A DNA stretch of 63,485 bases, counting the filler, from Olpidium bornovanus S191 (lineage: Eukaryota > Fungi > Olpidiomycota): assembly GCA_017911155.1 (NCBI GenBank). It is 25 parts of 25 records of this genome, joined end to end, with 100 filler letters (N's around TTAATTAATTAA, not from the genome) between each part and the next. Parts side by side here need not be neighbours in the genome. Positions count along the whole stretch, not along the records: positions 34,387 to 35,462 come from JAEFCI010011006.1; positions 35,563 to 36,714 come from JAEFCI010002963.1; positions 36,815 to 37,825 come from JAEFCI010006283.1; positions 37,926 to 39,499 come from JAEFCI010003831.1; positions 39,600 to 41,614 come from JAEFCI010013213.1; positions 41,715 to 43,113 come from JAEFCI010009380.1; positions 43,214 to 48,162 come from JAEFCI010012773.1; 18 more parts are not named here. One strand, 5' to 3'. Within the stretch, counting starts at the first letter, position 1, and every line of letters begins with the position of its first letter. Below, piece by piece: positions 34,934 to 46,414 of this stretch. The notes under the pieces were generated by a model that was given only the letters and a program-made list of their open reading frames with translations, was not told the DNA's origin and searched no databases. The position numbers and the translations under genes are program-made.

Positions 34934-35462
34934 TCAATAGAGGTCCTCCACGTCCGGCCATACCTCGGCCTTCGGCTCGCCGGCGACGCACCGCTCCCTC
35001 CTTCTCCAGTACTCGTGGTCAAATTTCCAGCACTCCTCCCCGGTCGCCGGGTCCGTCGACCTCGCGAACCACTTCGGGTGGTGCTCGTGCCGGGAGTGCT
35101 GCTGCCCCTGGTATTCTTTCTCTCCGTCCTGGCTGGTTCGCGTTTGCGAGGATGTCGACTGCAAGTTCGCGACGGCCTTTTCGCGCTCGGCGCGCTTGTT
35201 GCGTTGCTTGACCTCGAGCCGGGCCTTCTCCGAGTCCGCCGTCGCCCACTCGCCCCTCTCCATGGCGCGCTGGTCGGGTCGAAACCGGCTGTCGGTGGGA
35301 CACAGGTACCGGGTGAGCTCCTCGGGCGCGTCATTGAGCGCCATGGCGAACGGCGTGAGGTTGAAAGGGGTCGGTCGTTCCGGCATCGGGTTCCGCCGCC
35401 AGAGGAGAACCGGCCGCCCCCTGTGCTTCAGCGGATGTCCGGTCGCCGACGCGCGCGAGCTC
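34934..35462 (-). CDS. Oxysterol-binding protein (Osh1/Osh2-like), C-terminal exon
   Basis: PFNLTPFAMALND...LCPTDSRFRPDQRAMERG...EKARLEVKQR...PKWF...W..YW...WPDVEDLY*. Confidence 0.92.
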
Positions 35463-35857
35463 NNNNNNNNNNNNNNNNNNNNNNNNNNNNNNNNNNNNNN
35501 NNNNNNTTAATTAATTAANNNNNNNNNNNNNNNNNNNNNNNNNNNNNNNNNNNNNNNNNNNNATATCGTGGTTGCGTGACGCCACGTGGCTCCGGGCGCA
35601 GAACCACAATTTTTGGACCGCTGTTGATCTGGCCACACCATTTACGCCCGTTTCGAGAGGTTTTCTCGGGAAAAATACCCCGTTGCAGCCAAAGTGGCCT
35701 GGATCAAACAAAGTCCAAAATTTTCATCTTCCAGTCCGGTCATTTTCACCCGTGGTTTTTGGACAAATTTAGAGTTTGTAGAAAAACTTTCTGACGGTGT
35801 CTCAGACACAACTGCGGTAACTTTTCACCAAATGCTCCGCCGGACAGGAAAAACGCG

Positions 35858-35971
35858 CCCTATCAAGTTGAACCAAAATCCACAAATTCCCCAATAAGCT
35901 AGCGGTCCCCTGTGTGACACTGTGTGAGAGCTTTTTGGGGAAATTGTGGATTTTGGCTTAACTTGATAGGG
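35858..35971. repeat. Imperfect 43-bp inverted repeat with a 28-bp spacer
   Basis: CCCTATCAAGTTGAACCAAAATCCACAAATTCCCCAATAAGCT (35858-35900) versus the reverse complement of 35929-35971, with about 4 mismatches. Confidence 0.85.
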
Positions 35972-38900
35972 ATTGTCGCGTTCCGAAGACTTTGAGCGGC
36001 CTTCTCTCGTTCGCGCTGCGTGCGCGAGAGAGGTGGGGGTGAGGACAAAAAATTTCTTTTTGTTTTTTTTTTGGAAGGGAAGTGGCGGAGCCTGCTCCTT
36101 GAGATCCTGGAGACGGCCGGCAAAACAAACCTGGCATTCTTGATCCGATTTGGCCAGATCTTCATGCCTTCTAGTTTCTTGCCGGCCGCCTCCCCTTACT
36201 CCTTTCAACGGTCTCAGTTTCCCGGTAGAGCGCCCTGCAGCGGTCATTTACACTGGCCCTAACAGACATCCCGTGGTGCAGATAACCTACGGCTCCCCCC
36301 CATTTTCAGATAGGATAGCCAGGAAGCCCCAAAGATCATGGTTTCAAACCCCTGCCTCGTTTCCTTTATGCTGAAAAAGGTCATCTGACCCAAAACTGTA
36401 TTTCCCACAATGACGGCAGAGGCGGCAGGGGCGGTAGAGGCGGCAGAAGCGGGAGAGGCGGCAGAGGCTGCAGAGACGGCGGGGGAGACAGGATGAAAGC
36501 AGTCGAGACTCTGAAATTGTTTTTTCTCCATTACGAGCGGACGGTTCTGGCCGAAACTGGTTTTGTTTGAAAGCTTTACGCCGAGTCCAATCTGAGGAGC
36601 CAAAAAAATACCCGCCTTGGACCGGTTACATACGAGGACAGCCCCAGGTGTGGTTCATAGCTTGAGCCCGAGGTTCCCTGTCGTTTTTTTTTTTTTTTTT
36701 TTTTTCCCTCGGCCNNNNNNNNNNNNNNNNNNNNNNNNNNNNNNNNNNNNNNNNNNNNTTAATTAATTAANNNNNNNNNNNNNNNNNNNNNNNNNNNNNN
36801 NNNNNNNNNNNNNNTCATGTCGTGAAGTAACAGGTGGTGCTTGGTGACTAGGCAGGGGTGCCGTGTGCCGATATTACTGCGCCCTTAAATTGGTGGCAAG
36901 ACGTACGCCCTTCGAGACCGATTTGAATTCGTCTCGTCTCACCCAAAGAACCGCGCACACCCACCTGCCGCTGTGCGTCCTTAGTGGCCGCAGTTACTCA
37001 ATAAAACTACATACGACCTCGTCTTTACGAAAAATGCGGAAGCAAAGGAAACACGCCGTCGTCGTGCCAGAAACCAATGTAGCATGAATTGCCTTCAGTT
37101 CATCAGACATTTTTCTCACACTTGCTCGGGCGCTCACCGGCAACGGCGGGAACCGCGACATAATACGAGATGCCTTTTTTTTATGCCTGAAGCACCGAGA
37201 CGCTTGCCCCGGATCGTGAGATGTGGGCGGTTGCAGAGACCGCAGGGTTGCAGAGACGCGTGGGGAGAAGCTGCGCGCTGCGCAGAACTCCCATGTATGG
37301 CGGACGGGGGGGGGGGGGGGGGGGGGGGGGGGAGAAGCTTCGCCTGCCGCGGAGGAGGGAGAGAGGCATTTGCGGTAAGGTGACGCAGATGCGCACCAGC
37401 ACGGCAGATCTTCCCGGTGCCTCCTTCTCCTCCGCGCCTCGGCCATCGGCGCAGAACTCGGCGAGCGGCGGGGAGGGGCACGGGAAAGCGGACGGCCGCC
37501 GATGCGGACCTGGAAGAAGTGTTTGTTCCCTCGGCCACTTCTGGACCCCTCAACCTTTGGCAGCAGGGCCGCCCCTACGGCCCTTCACGTTCTCCCCCAC
37601 CCAGAGCAGAGGCCTGTGCGCGTTCCCAGGTCACGCCGCACGGCACAGCATCTCTGGCGACTACCGAACCAAGCATGGCGGCGTTGGTAACAACCTTGAA
37701 CCGCCATGACCTCAGCGAGACCAACACTGGCGCCGTGCACCGTGCACCGGGGTCGTTTTCCCCGTTTCAGATTTCTCTTGTTGCGAACGGAATTTCACGT
37801 TCGGTATCGTGTTCTGTGTTATTCANNNNNNNNNNNNNNNNNNNNNNNNNNNNNNNNNNNNNNNNNNNNTTAATTAATTAANNNNNNNNNNNNNNNNNNN
37901 NNNNNNNNNNNNNNNNNNNNNNNNNCATGGGACGCCGCACGCTCAGGGCGTGAGCCAACACAATGGCGCGCACTCACACCCGCGTGCCCACACACCCGGG
38001 CGCACACGCACCGCGCTCACGAGAGGGACCCCGACTACGAGCTGTCGAGGGCGTAGGCTACGCGCCTGATCACGTCTTCAAACCTCAAGCTAGACTTAGG
38101 CTTTTCCCTATAGTTGTCATCTTGATCGCGCCGAAAGCGCACGACAATAAATAACATTGTCGCAGGCGTTTATGGATACTACTGGGATCCTGCATGACTA
38201 CCTACATGGCCAGATGATGATCAACACCTGCACCGGAAACGGCGTGGGCAGCGCACCGCCTCGGCGCCACAGATCACAATCAACAGCCGAAAAGATGGCA
38301 AAACTTCGGACGAGCGCCCGAATTTCCGAGTCATCAATGCTAGCAAGGCCTATTTTGGTCCAGGTCGCCCACCACCCCTCACCTTACCGCGGCCCCGAAG
38401 TTCCCAAGTATGCGAGCACGTATCATCATGGGAAAAAGCGCGGGCTTCGCGCAACTCCGGTAGGTCAGACCGAAAACGCGAAAGGCTCAGTATAACTCTT
38501 CCTTTTTTGATTATGAGTCTTGATATTGTGTATGTTGCCGAAAGCGATCCGGGTATATAGAGGTCAGCGAAATGCCCCCCTGAGGGAGGCTCAAAGATGC
38601 GTTGCCACGCGTCACGCTTAAGCACACGGCAGCAGGTTCTGGAGTCCCTCCCGTCCGCTCCAGCCCCCACTGCCCCGGTTATTCCGAACTGCCATGTGTT
38701 CGCGTTTTCAAAGTTCAAAGATCGCCGGCGCGGAGGAAAAGGAGCAGAGAGGGGGTTCGACGCAAAGGCAGCAAGTTGCCTGTCCGCAGAAGGGATTCTT
38801 TCGCTGACTCACTAGGGAGTGCGAAGTCGACTCACCGTGCCGCCTCCACTCTACCCTGCACCGCTGGAACAAACTGTCTGGCCTGTCGCTATTACTTTCC

Positions 38901-38996
38901 TTGGAGAGATTAGCACCGGTATAAACATACCGGTAGAAGGATTCATAATGCTTTCCCGTCTTCGGAAAGGGTTAGAAAAAGAAAACTCCTGCATAA

Positions 38997-39044
<48 letters not shown>

Positions 39045-39599
39045 CAACACCCCCCCCCCCCCCCCCCTCACCCCCACACTCCTCCCCGTTGCCCGAAAAA
39101 TGTCCTTGCAAGACAATCGGAATCTAATTGTAGTCTTTTCTGAAAAATTGCCCGGCGGCGTCGGTTTTATTCTCGCTGTGGTTCCAGGCTTCCTCCAAAA
39201 GTTCGGTTTGCCTCTGAATCAAACGTTGCTTGCGTTCTTTTTGTCTGAAGGAAAGGTTTCCTCTCCAACGTTTGGCAGAATTTTGGCTCCTTACATCATG
39301 CACATTGCGCGACGTTCGAGGGCTCGCCAAAACCTCTGAATTTTTGTCGCGTTGGAAGAAAGGCCGGGGGGGGGGGGCCTCGTTGCGTCCAGGGCATTTC
39401 TTTTTTTTTCTTTCTTTTATTCTTTTGCGCCCGCCGGCGCACCTTGCGTGGTCATCTTCGCTAGGTGGCCGGTTACCAAGAACGTGCACCCGCGAATCCN
39501 NNNNNNNNNNNNNNNNNNNNNNNNNNNNNNNNNNNNNNNNNNNTTAATTAATTAANNNNNNNNNNNNNNNNNNNNNNNNNNNNNNNNNNNNNNNNNNNN

Positions 39600-40444
39600 C
39601 ATGGGCACTTTATGCGGGACCTGGCTGTACTGTGGTGTGTGGTTTTAAACGACCACAGGACTCTGCGACGGCCGTTCTTACTTTTTGTTAAAAGGAGTGG
39701 CGTCTCGATTTTCCCGCAACAGCTCCGGAGATTGTCAGCGCTGACCCGTATTCAAGAAGTCACACCGACATCGGGTACGGAATGGCTGTTGATTGCTGGT
39801 CTCTGGGAGTGCTTCTCTACGTCATGCTGTCTGGTAGGTAGCGACTCCAACCGCATGAGCTTTCCAATTATTATTTATTTTTTTTTGCTCTGCGGTATGC
39901 TGACGTCTTCCGCGTCCGTTGCGTCAATTTAAGGGACCCTGCCGTTCTACACGGAATCAGCGGCAAAGGGCGTTCAGGACGGCGACGAACGGCTTTCGGC
40001 GACGGAGCTAGCTAAGGCGGAACGAGATGCCGACCGTCGGCTGTTTGCAAAGATTGCCCAAGGAAAGTTATGCTTTCCGCACAGTCACTGGGCAGAGGTG
40101 ACCGAGGAAGGTGCGCAGGAGACCGGTTGCACGCCAGTTGGTGTCTGGCGGTTTTTACACTGACCCAGAATCGGCGTTCTTGTTTCGAAGCCATTACACT
40201 GATCCGGCACCTTCTGGCTGTTAATCCGCTGTTTCGGTACACTGTGGACGAAGCCTTAGCCCACCCGTGGATCTCACGCCACATGCACCGGCTTTCTGGG
40301 CAGTACCGTCAAATCATCTGCGACCAGCAAAATCAACTCTCCGACGTCCACGGAGCGGGGAACACCATGCTGGCAGCTTTGAAGGGGAAAGATCTTGGAA
40401 GATCCATCGAGGACGGGCGCGTTGTGCCGGGATCGGCGTATTGA
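39600..40444 (+). CDS. MEK1: Meiosis-specific Ser/Thr kinase Mek1-like (CHK2 family), C-terminal half
   Basis: Spliced product MGTLCGTWLYC|APEIV...GYGMAVDCWSLGVLLYVMLS|GTLPF...HWAEVTEE|AITLIRHLL..NP..RYTVDEALAHPWISRHMHRLSGQYRQII. The YCAPE segment and the HPWI.RH...L...Y tail resemble Mek1 more than Rad53 or Dun1. Confidence 0.68.
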
Positions 40445-41535
40445 ACGCGTCGTCCGACCATCGAATCCAGCTATGTTTACCTGGCAAACTGCCCTCTGTC
40501 GGGGACAGGGGATCATGCCGCGCTGCGGCGATCGAGGAAACAACGTCTCGCGGAGCTTCGGAGTCTGCGAGGTTGCCGGTTCAGTTTGTTTTGCTTTCTT
40601 CCTTTAATTTTTGCGACGTGGTTTTCAGTGTCACATCGCGGCAATAAAACAGCATGCGGACGTCAAAATCGTGAACGAATTTTGGATTGCAATAACAGCA
40701 GAACCCGCCGTCAGAACGAACGCGGAAGAGCCGGCGGGTTCTAAGCATTGTTGCCGGACGGTCAGGTTGTGTTGCGTCGATAAACTGCCTGAATTCGTCG
40801 AATGAAAATAGAGTCGTCGTGTTCCAACTTAGAAAGGCACATGTCGCAGCAGAACGGATCGGCCGGGCCGCCTCCCCAGACGCCCCGGACCCTGCCGCTG
40901 GTTACGGCGGGGCGCGCGCACGCCACCGAGGTCTGCTGAGCCGGGGCGCCGATCGAATGATCGAAAAAGACCAGCTTTTGCAAACGGGAGATCGTTCTCC
41001 CCGCGCCGGTTTCTCGGAGGATTCATGCGGCTGTGCGTCGGCCCGTCGTTCCATCAAACCGAAGGGAAATCCACTTCACCCCCCCCCCCCCCACCTTTCC
41101 CCCACCCCAGGCGCGCAGTCCGCAACCGGCTCACCTTCACCCCCTAGCCCTGGCAGTTCACCCCCCGCGTTCACAATCGCCGCGGGTAAGGCCGCAGATT
41201 AAAACGACGGTCGCGCTCTCGGACGTCGGGATTCCGAGTTTGCCCAGACCGTCGCGACCAGAAGGTTCCGTTATGTTTCTGACGGCCGAAGTCTTGCCAC
41301 CCCCCTCCCCCCGCGCCACCCCTCCCGTTTTCCGCCCGGGAGAAAAATAAAAAAGAAAAATCAGGGAAAAATCAGCGGGCGTTCCCCTCCTTCCCCTTCA
41401 TCGCCCCCTCTTCCCCACACCCCACCCCCCCTTTTTCCGTTGATCGGCCCCGATATTTCAGGAAACCCGAGAAAGCCTTTTTTTATTTGTATATTGTTTG
41501 CTTTCGCGTCGGCGCCGCGCGTCTAGGGGAGGCAC

Positions 41536-41598
<63 letters not shown>

Positions 41599-41717
41599 CG
41601 CCCCCCGCCCCCCCNNNNNNNNNNNNNNNNNNNNNNNNNNNNNNNNNNNNNNNNNNNNTTAATTAATTAANNNNNNNNNNNNNNNNNNNNNNNNNNNNNN
41701 NNNNNNNNNNNNNNCCC

Positions 41718-41757
<40 letters not shown>

Positions 41758-42429
41758 CCCCCCCCCCCCCCCGGCCAGAGAACCCCTCCTCTCGTCCCTT
41801 CTGCCTGAAAAAAAAAAAAGAAGAAAAAAAAAAGAAAAGCGTCCGCTGATCCCCGCTTTCGCCCGCCACGTCATCGGGGAAAAAAAAAAAAAAAAAAAAC
41901 CAGCCGCGGGCGGGGAGGAGTCGGGGTGGGTGAGGGGAGAAGAGAACTCCAGCTTGTCGCTTTTCCCGACACCCGGACTGTGTCACTCCCGGACCCAACG
42001 CGCCCAAACGACGTCACCCACCCGCTGCCGAGCAGCCTCCGCGCCGCCATCCCCGGCCGTCTGTCTGTCTGGCGCGTTCCTGACCGAACGCTGGGTTAGG
42101 TCGCGCACCGCCGCCTTACCCACCCCTCCCCTCCCACTGAGATCGTCGTCATTGAGCATCAATCAGCTCTCGGACGCAAGAAGTCGACGCGGCGGAAGAG
42201 CCGCGTACAACTCCCGAAGGGAGGACCAGTCAGGGCATGGGCGCCGGTACGCGTGCGATCTCGCCTGGCCGCCGCGCCTTCCCCCCCTTCGTTACTCGAT
42301 CCTCGTTTCTCTGGACATCGTTGTAACCCGCGTGGTGACACCGCGCGACCCGCACCTTACCCGACCTCCTTGACGCCTGGACGTTTCCGTTTTGAAAACA
42401 GGCGATGTCAAGCTTGCGTGCGTGGTAGG

Positions 42430-43113
42430 CTATTTTCTGGTATTATGGGAATCGCCGCAATTATCCCGACCGAACGGCTTACCAGAATCCGGTTGTCGTT
42501 CAGCTGGTCGGCTTGCCAGCGCGCGGGAAGACGTACATCGCCCAGAAAGGTGATTTTATCGCGGAATGACGAACGTCGCCCAATGGGGTGTGGCGTGTGA
42601 AATTGTCGGCGCGCGGATGGCCGCGGCGGCCAGGAGTCCTGCGCGTAGGAAACGCTGAAAATATGTTCCGCCGCCGCACGCGAAAAAAAAAAAACCGCGA
42701 AACGAAGTTGCGCGATATCTCCGGTGGTTGGACATAAAGACGAAGGTCTACGACGTTGGCGACTACAGGCGCAACATCGCCGGCGTCTCGTTAAGGCAGG
42801 ACGCTAATGCTCTGGACGGCGCGGAAGAGCAGCGACTGTTAGAGGAAGCGTCTGAGCGATCATTAGATGACTTGCTGGAGTGGTTTGGGGACAGCTACGA
42901 ACATACCACGGTGGCGATGTACGACGCGACGAATTTGACGCGGGAACGGCGGGCTTTCATCCGGGGCCGGTGCCAGAAGGCCAAGGTCGAGGTCATGTTC
43001 ATCGAGTCCATTTGCCACGACGAGGACGTCATTACGCAGAATATCCGTGACGTCAAGCACACCAGCCCAGACTACGCCAAAATGGAGCCGGAGGCGGCTG
43101 CGGCGGATTTCCG
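42430..43113 (+). CDS. 6-phosphofructo-2-kinase/fructose-2,6-bisphosphatase, kinase domain, partial
   Basis: VVQLVGLPARGKTYIAQK|VARYLRWLDIKTKVYDVGDYRR...YDATNLTRERR...FIESICHD...NIRDVKHTSPDY. Confidence 0.93.
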
Positions 43114-43213
43114 NNNNNNNNNNNNNNNNNNNNNNNNNNNNNNNNNNNNNNNNNNNNTTAATTAATTAANNNNNNNNNNNNNNNNNNNNNNNNNNNNNNN
43201 NNNNNNNNNNNNN

Positions 43214-44422
43214 CATGCTCGCACCGACCTTGACCATTTCCGATGGCCTCCCGGCACGCGGCGGTGGTTCGCCGAACGCCCCGGCGAGGGACTCCGTAGA
43301 CCTCCCAGTCTCGTTGTCGAAGGCGCCCTGGCTTTGCTGGACAATGTACCCCTCTGCTGCGTGCTCCCCGGCCCACTGGAGGGAAAGCTGGCTTCCGAAG
43401 TCACGACTGCCCCGGGTTTCTTCCAAACCGGCGTTGGCGGGCATCCGCTGCGGGTCGAACGGCGGACGCGTCTCGAACCGGTGGTGGTGTGGGCGGCTTT
43501 CCAGCGCGGCGCGCACGTCCTGCTGCTGCGTCGCCGCGGTGGAAGAAACCATCGGATCGTACGCATTCGCCGCCTCCGGTTCGCGCGCCGCCGGGGTCGG
43601 TCGATGAGACGAGGCGGCGAACGGCCGCATCGACTTTTTTTCGGGGACCCGAAGACGAAGATGAGTCGGGTGGACCTCGCGCCATTTACCGGACCACCGT
43701 GGCGCTTCGCTCAAAGAGCTCTCGCAACACGCATGCAGCACTTTTTTGTCGGCGGGGGGTGGGGGGGGGGAATTCGCAACATGTTCGTCGTACCTGCATC
43801 TCCGCCGCCCACACGGTCACCAGGCACTGGTCAACTGATCCCGCAACCATCGATGTGGTGCCCTGGGCGACGTTGATGTCCGAGATGCCCGGCCATGGTA
43901 TTCTAGCGTCATCACATAAGAGGGCGGGTTCCCAACTGTAAATCTTTGAAGATCATGAAGGTCCCGCACGGTAAGTCATGTTCGGGCGCGGACGGATTTT
44001 CATAGTCGGACCGAACGAGGTCAGTTTCCCACCTCCTCAACTTCCCCCCCCCTTAACCCCCACCCTACCCTCTCCCGTTCCGTCCTCTCACCTTTAGCCC
44101 TCCGATGTCGGCGAGCAGCAGGGCGCTCCCGTCGGGCATAAACCGCATTGCGCGAACGTCACCCGCGCCCTGCGCGGAAGAGACCTGTTCGAAGGTCTCC
44201 ATGTCCCAGAATCGCACCGCATCGCCGCCCGCGGTGGCCAACAGAAACTCGTTGGGGTGGAACGAGAGCGCGCGGATCGGTCTCGCCGAGTGCGCGAGGC
44301 TGGTCAGTTGTCTGCCGGCCGTCAGGTCCCAAAGCTAATAAAACCGGAGGTTAATGTCAAAGCGCGGAGCCGACAGCAAACGAGATTTTTTCTTGCGCTT
44401 TTCCAGCCGGTTTGATTTCCCA

Positions 44423-44465
<43 letters not shown>

Positions 44466-45261
44466 CCCCCCCCGGGGTAACCCTCAAGATCCCTGCCTTC
44501 ACGGTATCGTCGCCCCCGCCGGTAACGACCCACTTCCCGTCAGGACTCATGCAGATTGCGTTCACTCCCGCTTCGTGGCCCGTCGCGTAGCTCTGGACGC
44601 ATCCCTTCCGCCGCACGTCCCAGACTTTGAGCGCCGCGTCCGCCGATCCCGACGCAAAGAACTCCCCGAACGGATGAAATTGCACGCATTGCGCTGCCGC
44701 CTTGTGTCCCAGCAGCGACCGGATGACTGGGCGAAAGGACATGCGAAATTCACCCGCCGTCAGGCTCCGCCAATCTAATCTACGGCCGAAACGTTTTTTT
44801 CGACGTGCAAGCAGCGCACCCTTGGTGTGCTCCAGGTCCCACATTTTGATCGCGCCGTTGAGCCCGCCGGAAACGAGGATCTGTTCCGTAAGGTCCAAAC
44901 TCACGGACATCACGGGGCTTGTGTGCCCCGTCAAGCTCTGAAATTAGCCGCGATCGGGGGAAGGGGAAGAACGGGGGGGGGGGAAAGTTGGCGCAGGCTT
45001 TCTCAGACAGCGGACAAAAGCTGCCCTACCGAATTTCTTGGTCGCGACAAGCACGCGCAAGACGGCCGCGACAAGCACGCGCGAGAGAAAGGAGAAACGC
45101 ACCATGACGGGCTCCGCCTTTCCTATCGCCCAGAGGTTTACCCTCCGGTCGTCCCCCCCGCTGGCAAAGACTCGGCCCGATCGGGGCCCGAGGTGAATAC
45201 AGCGCACGGCCGAGGAGTGCGCGACGACGTCCATGTACCGGGTGACCCGTGGATCGTTCAT
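43214..45261 (-). CDS. KATNB1: Katanin p80 WD40 regulatory subunit, N-terminal part
   Basis: VAHSSAVRCIHLGPRSGRVFASGGDDRRVNLWAIGK, SLTGHTSPV, FHPFGEFFASGSAD..LKVWDVRRKGC, SPDGKWVV, LWDLTAGR and FHPNEFLLAT are collinear with animal and plant KATNB1. Confidence 0.92.
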
Positions 45262-46340
45262 GGTTTTGCCGGGCTGGGCGGCCGATTGATCTTGCTTCGG
45301 CGAAACAGGTTGCGGAGACAGGCGAAATCGGGTCGGCGACCTGGCCGTGGAGCTGGGGAAGGGAAAAAAAAAAATTCCCAAGACGGGGGGCGGGGAAAAG
45401 GACGGACACGTCGAACGGGGCCCCGCCGGCGCTCAAACCCGCGAAACGCGCGTCCCCTCTTCCCTGGCGCGCTGGATATGAGGCGCAGTCGCCCGTGTGC
45501 GCCGCGCGGGAGGTGAGAGGAAAGCAAGCGGGTGTGACGGTGGGTAGTTGAGAAAAAAACGCCACCCGCGGGCGCGCCTACGACCTTTCGCGCAGACGCC
45601 TGAGACTTTTTTTGGAGGTGAGATGCGCACAGTAAGATCCTTGGCGCCTTACGGTCACGTGATCAAACCAGCTTCTCACCGTCTGGAGGGGCGCGCAGCG
45701 AAACGCAGCTCCACTCTCCTTCGCAGACGCGCACCCCCCTTCCCCATTCCCCCCCCCTCTTAACAAAGCAAAACACGAAGGGAGAAAGCAAACATCGTCC
45801 CCGTCTTCCCCCCCGCCGTCGGCGCTATCGTTGTTTTTCGGCTCGTCCTTGTTCACAACAAAAAAAAAATCACGGGACAAATCATCAATTGTTTGCGCAT
45901 TGGACTGTACGGTGAGCCCGCCGGAAGGTCAACGCTTCCGGTCGCGCTCACTCGATCTTCTCAACGCAGGTTGACGTGAAAATTCAACGAAAAAGGGCGG
46001 AGGGAAAAAGCGGGAGGGGAAGGGGAGGATTGTTTAGATGCTTTTGTCCCACGCACAGGCTGTTTCCTCCTGCGGCTTTTCAGAAATCTCTCCGGCCTGT
46101 CGAACCGGGCTCCCGTTGCGACTTCCTCCTGTTCGAGTTTCGAACAGCCGCGCCGCGGCCGAAGCGCCCGCCCCCGCGCTCTGCCCCCTGGGTCGGGGGG
46201 ATAAAAGCAGGTAAAGGAGCCCGCGCCCGGCGGAGTCGGTGAGCGCACCGCGGCGCGCACGTGACATCCGGTAAACGCGCAAAAGGCCAAAATAATAAAT
46301 GAAGAAAACTGGTTTTGTTCTGCGGAACAAAAGTATCATG

Positions 46341-46414
46341 TGACCTCAGTCAGATTCGAACTGACGACCGTCTGTGTGTTAGACAGACGTGATAACCAAC
46401 TACACCATGAGGTC
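46341..46414 (-). tRNA. tRNA-Val(AAC), intronless
   Basis: GACCTCA TG GTG TAGTTGGTTAT CAC G TCTGT CTAACAC ACAGA CGGTC GTCAG TTCGAAT CTGAC TGAGGTC A. All four stems pair and the discriminator base is A73. Confidence 0.96.

Noticed and set aside
38999-39066. Long G/C tracts as G-quadruplex regulatory elements (also 4975-5030, 41538-41614, 61270-61350, 61760-61840)
   Set aside because: The sequence in these tracts is unreliable and may be miscalled GGC/CCG repeats. It cannot be interpreted without reads.
36815-39499. Exon-like segments on two contigs (36815-37825 and 37926-39499)
   Set aside because: Splice-like signals exist, but I could not build a consistent reading frame or recognise a family.
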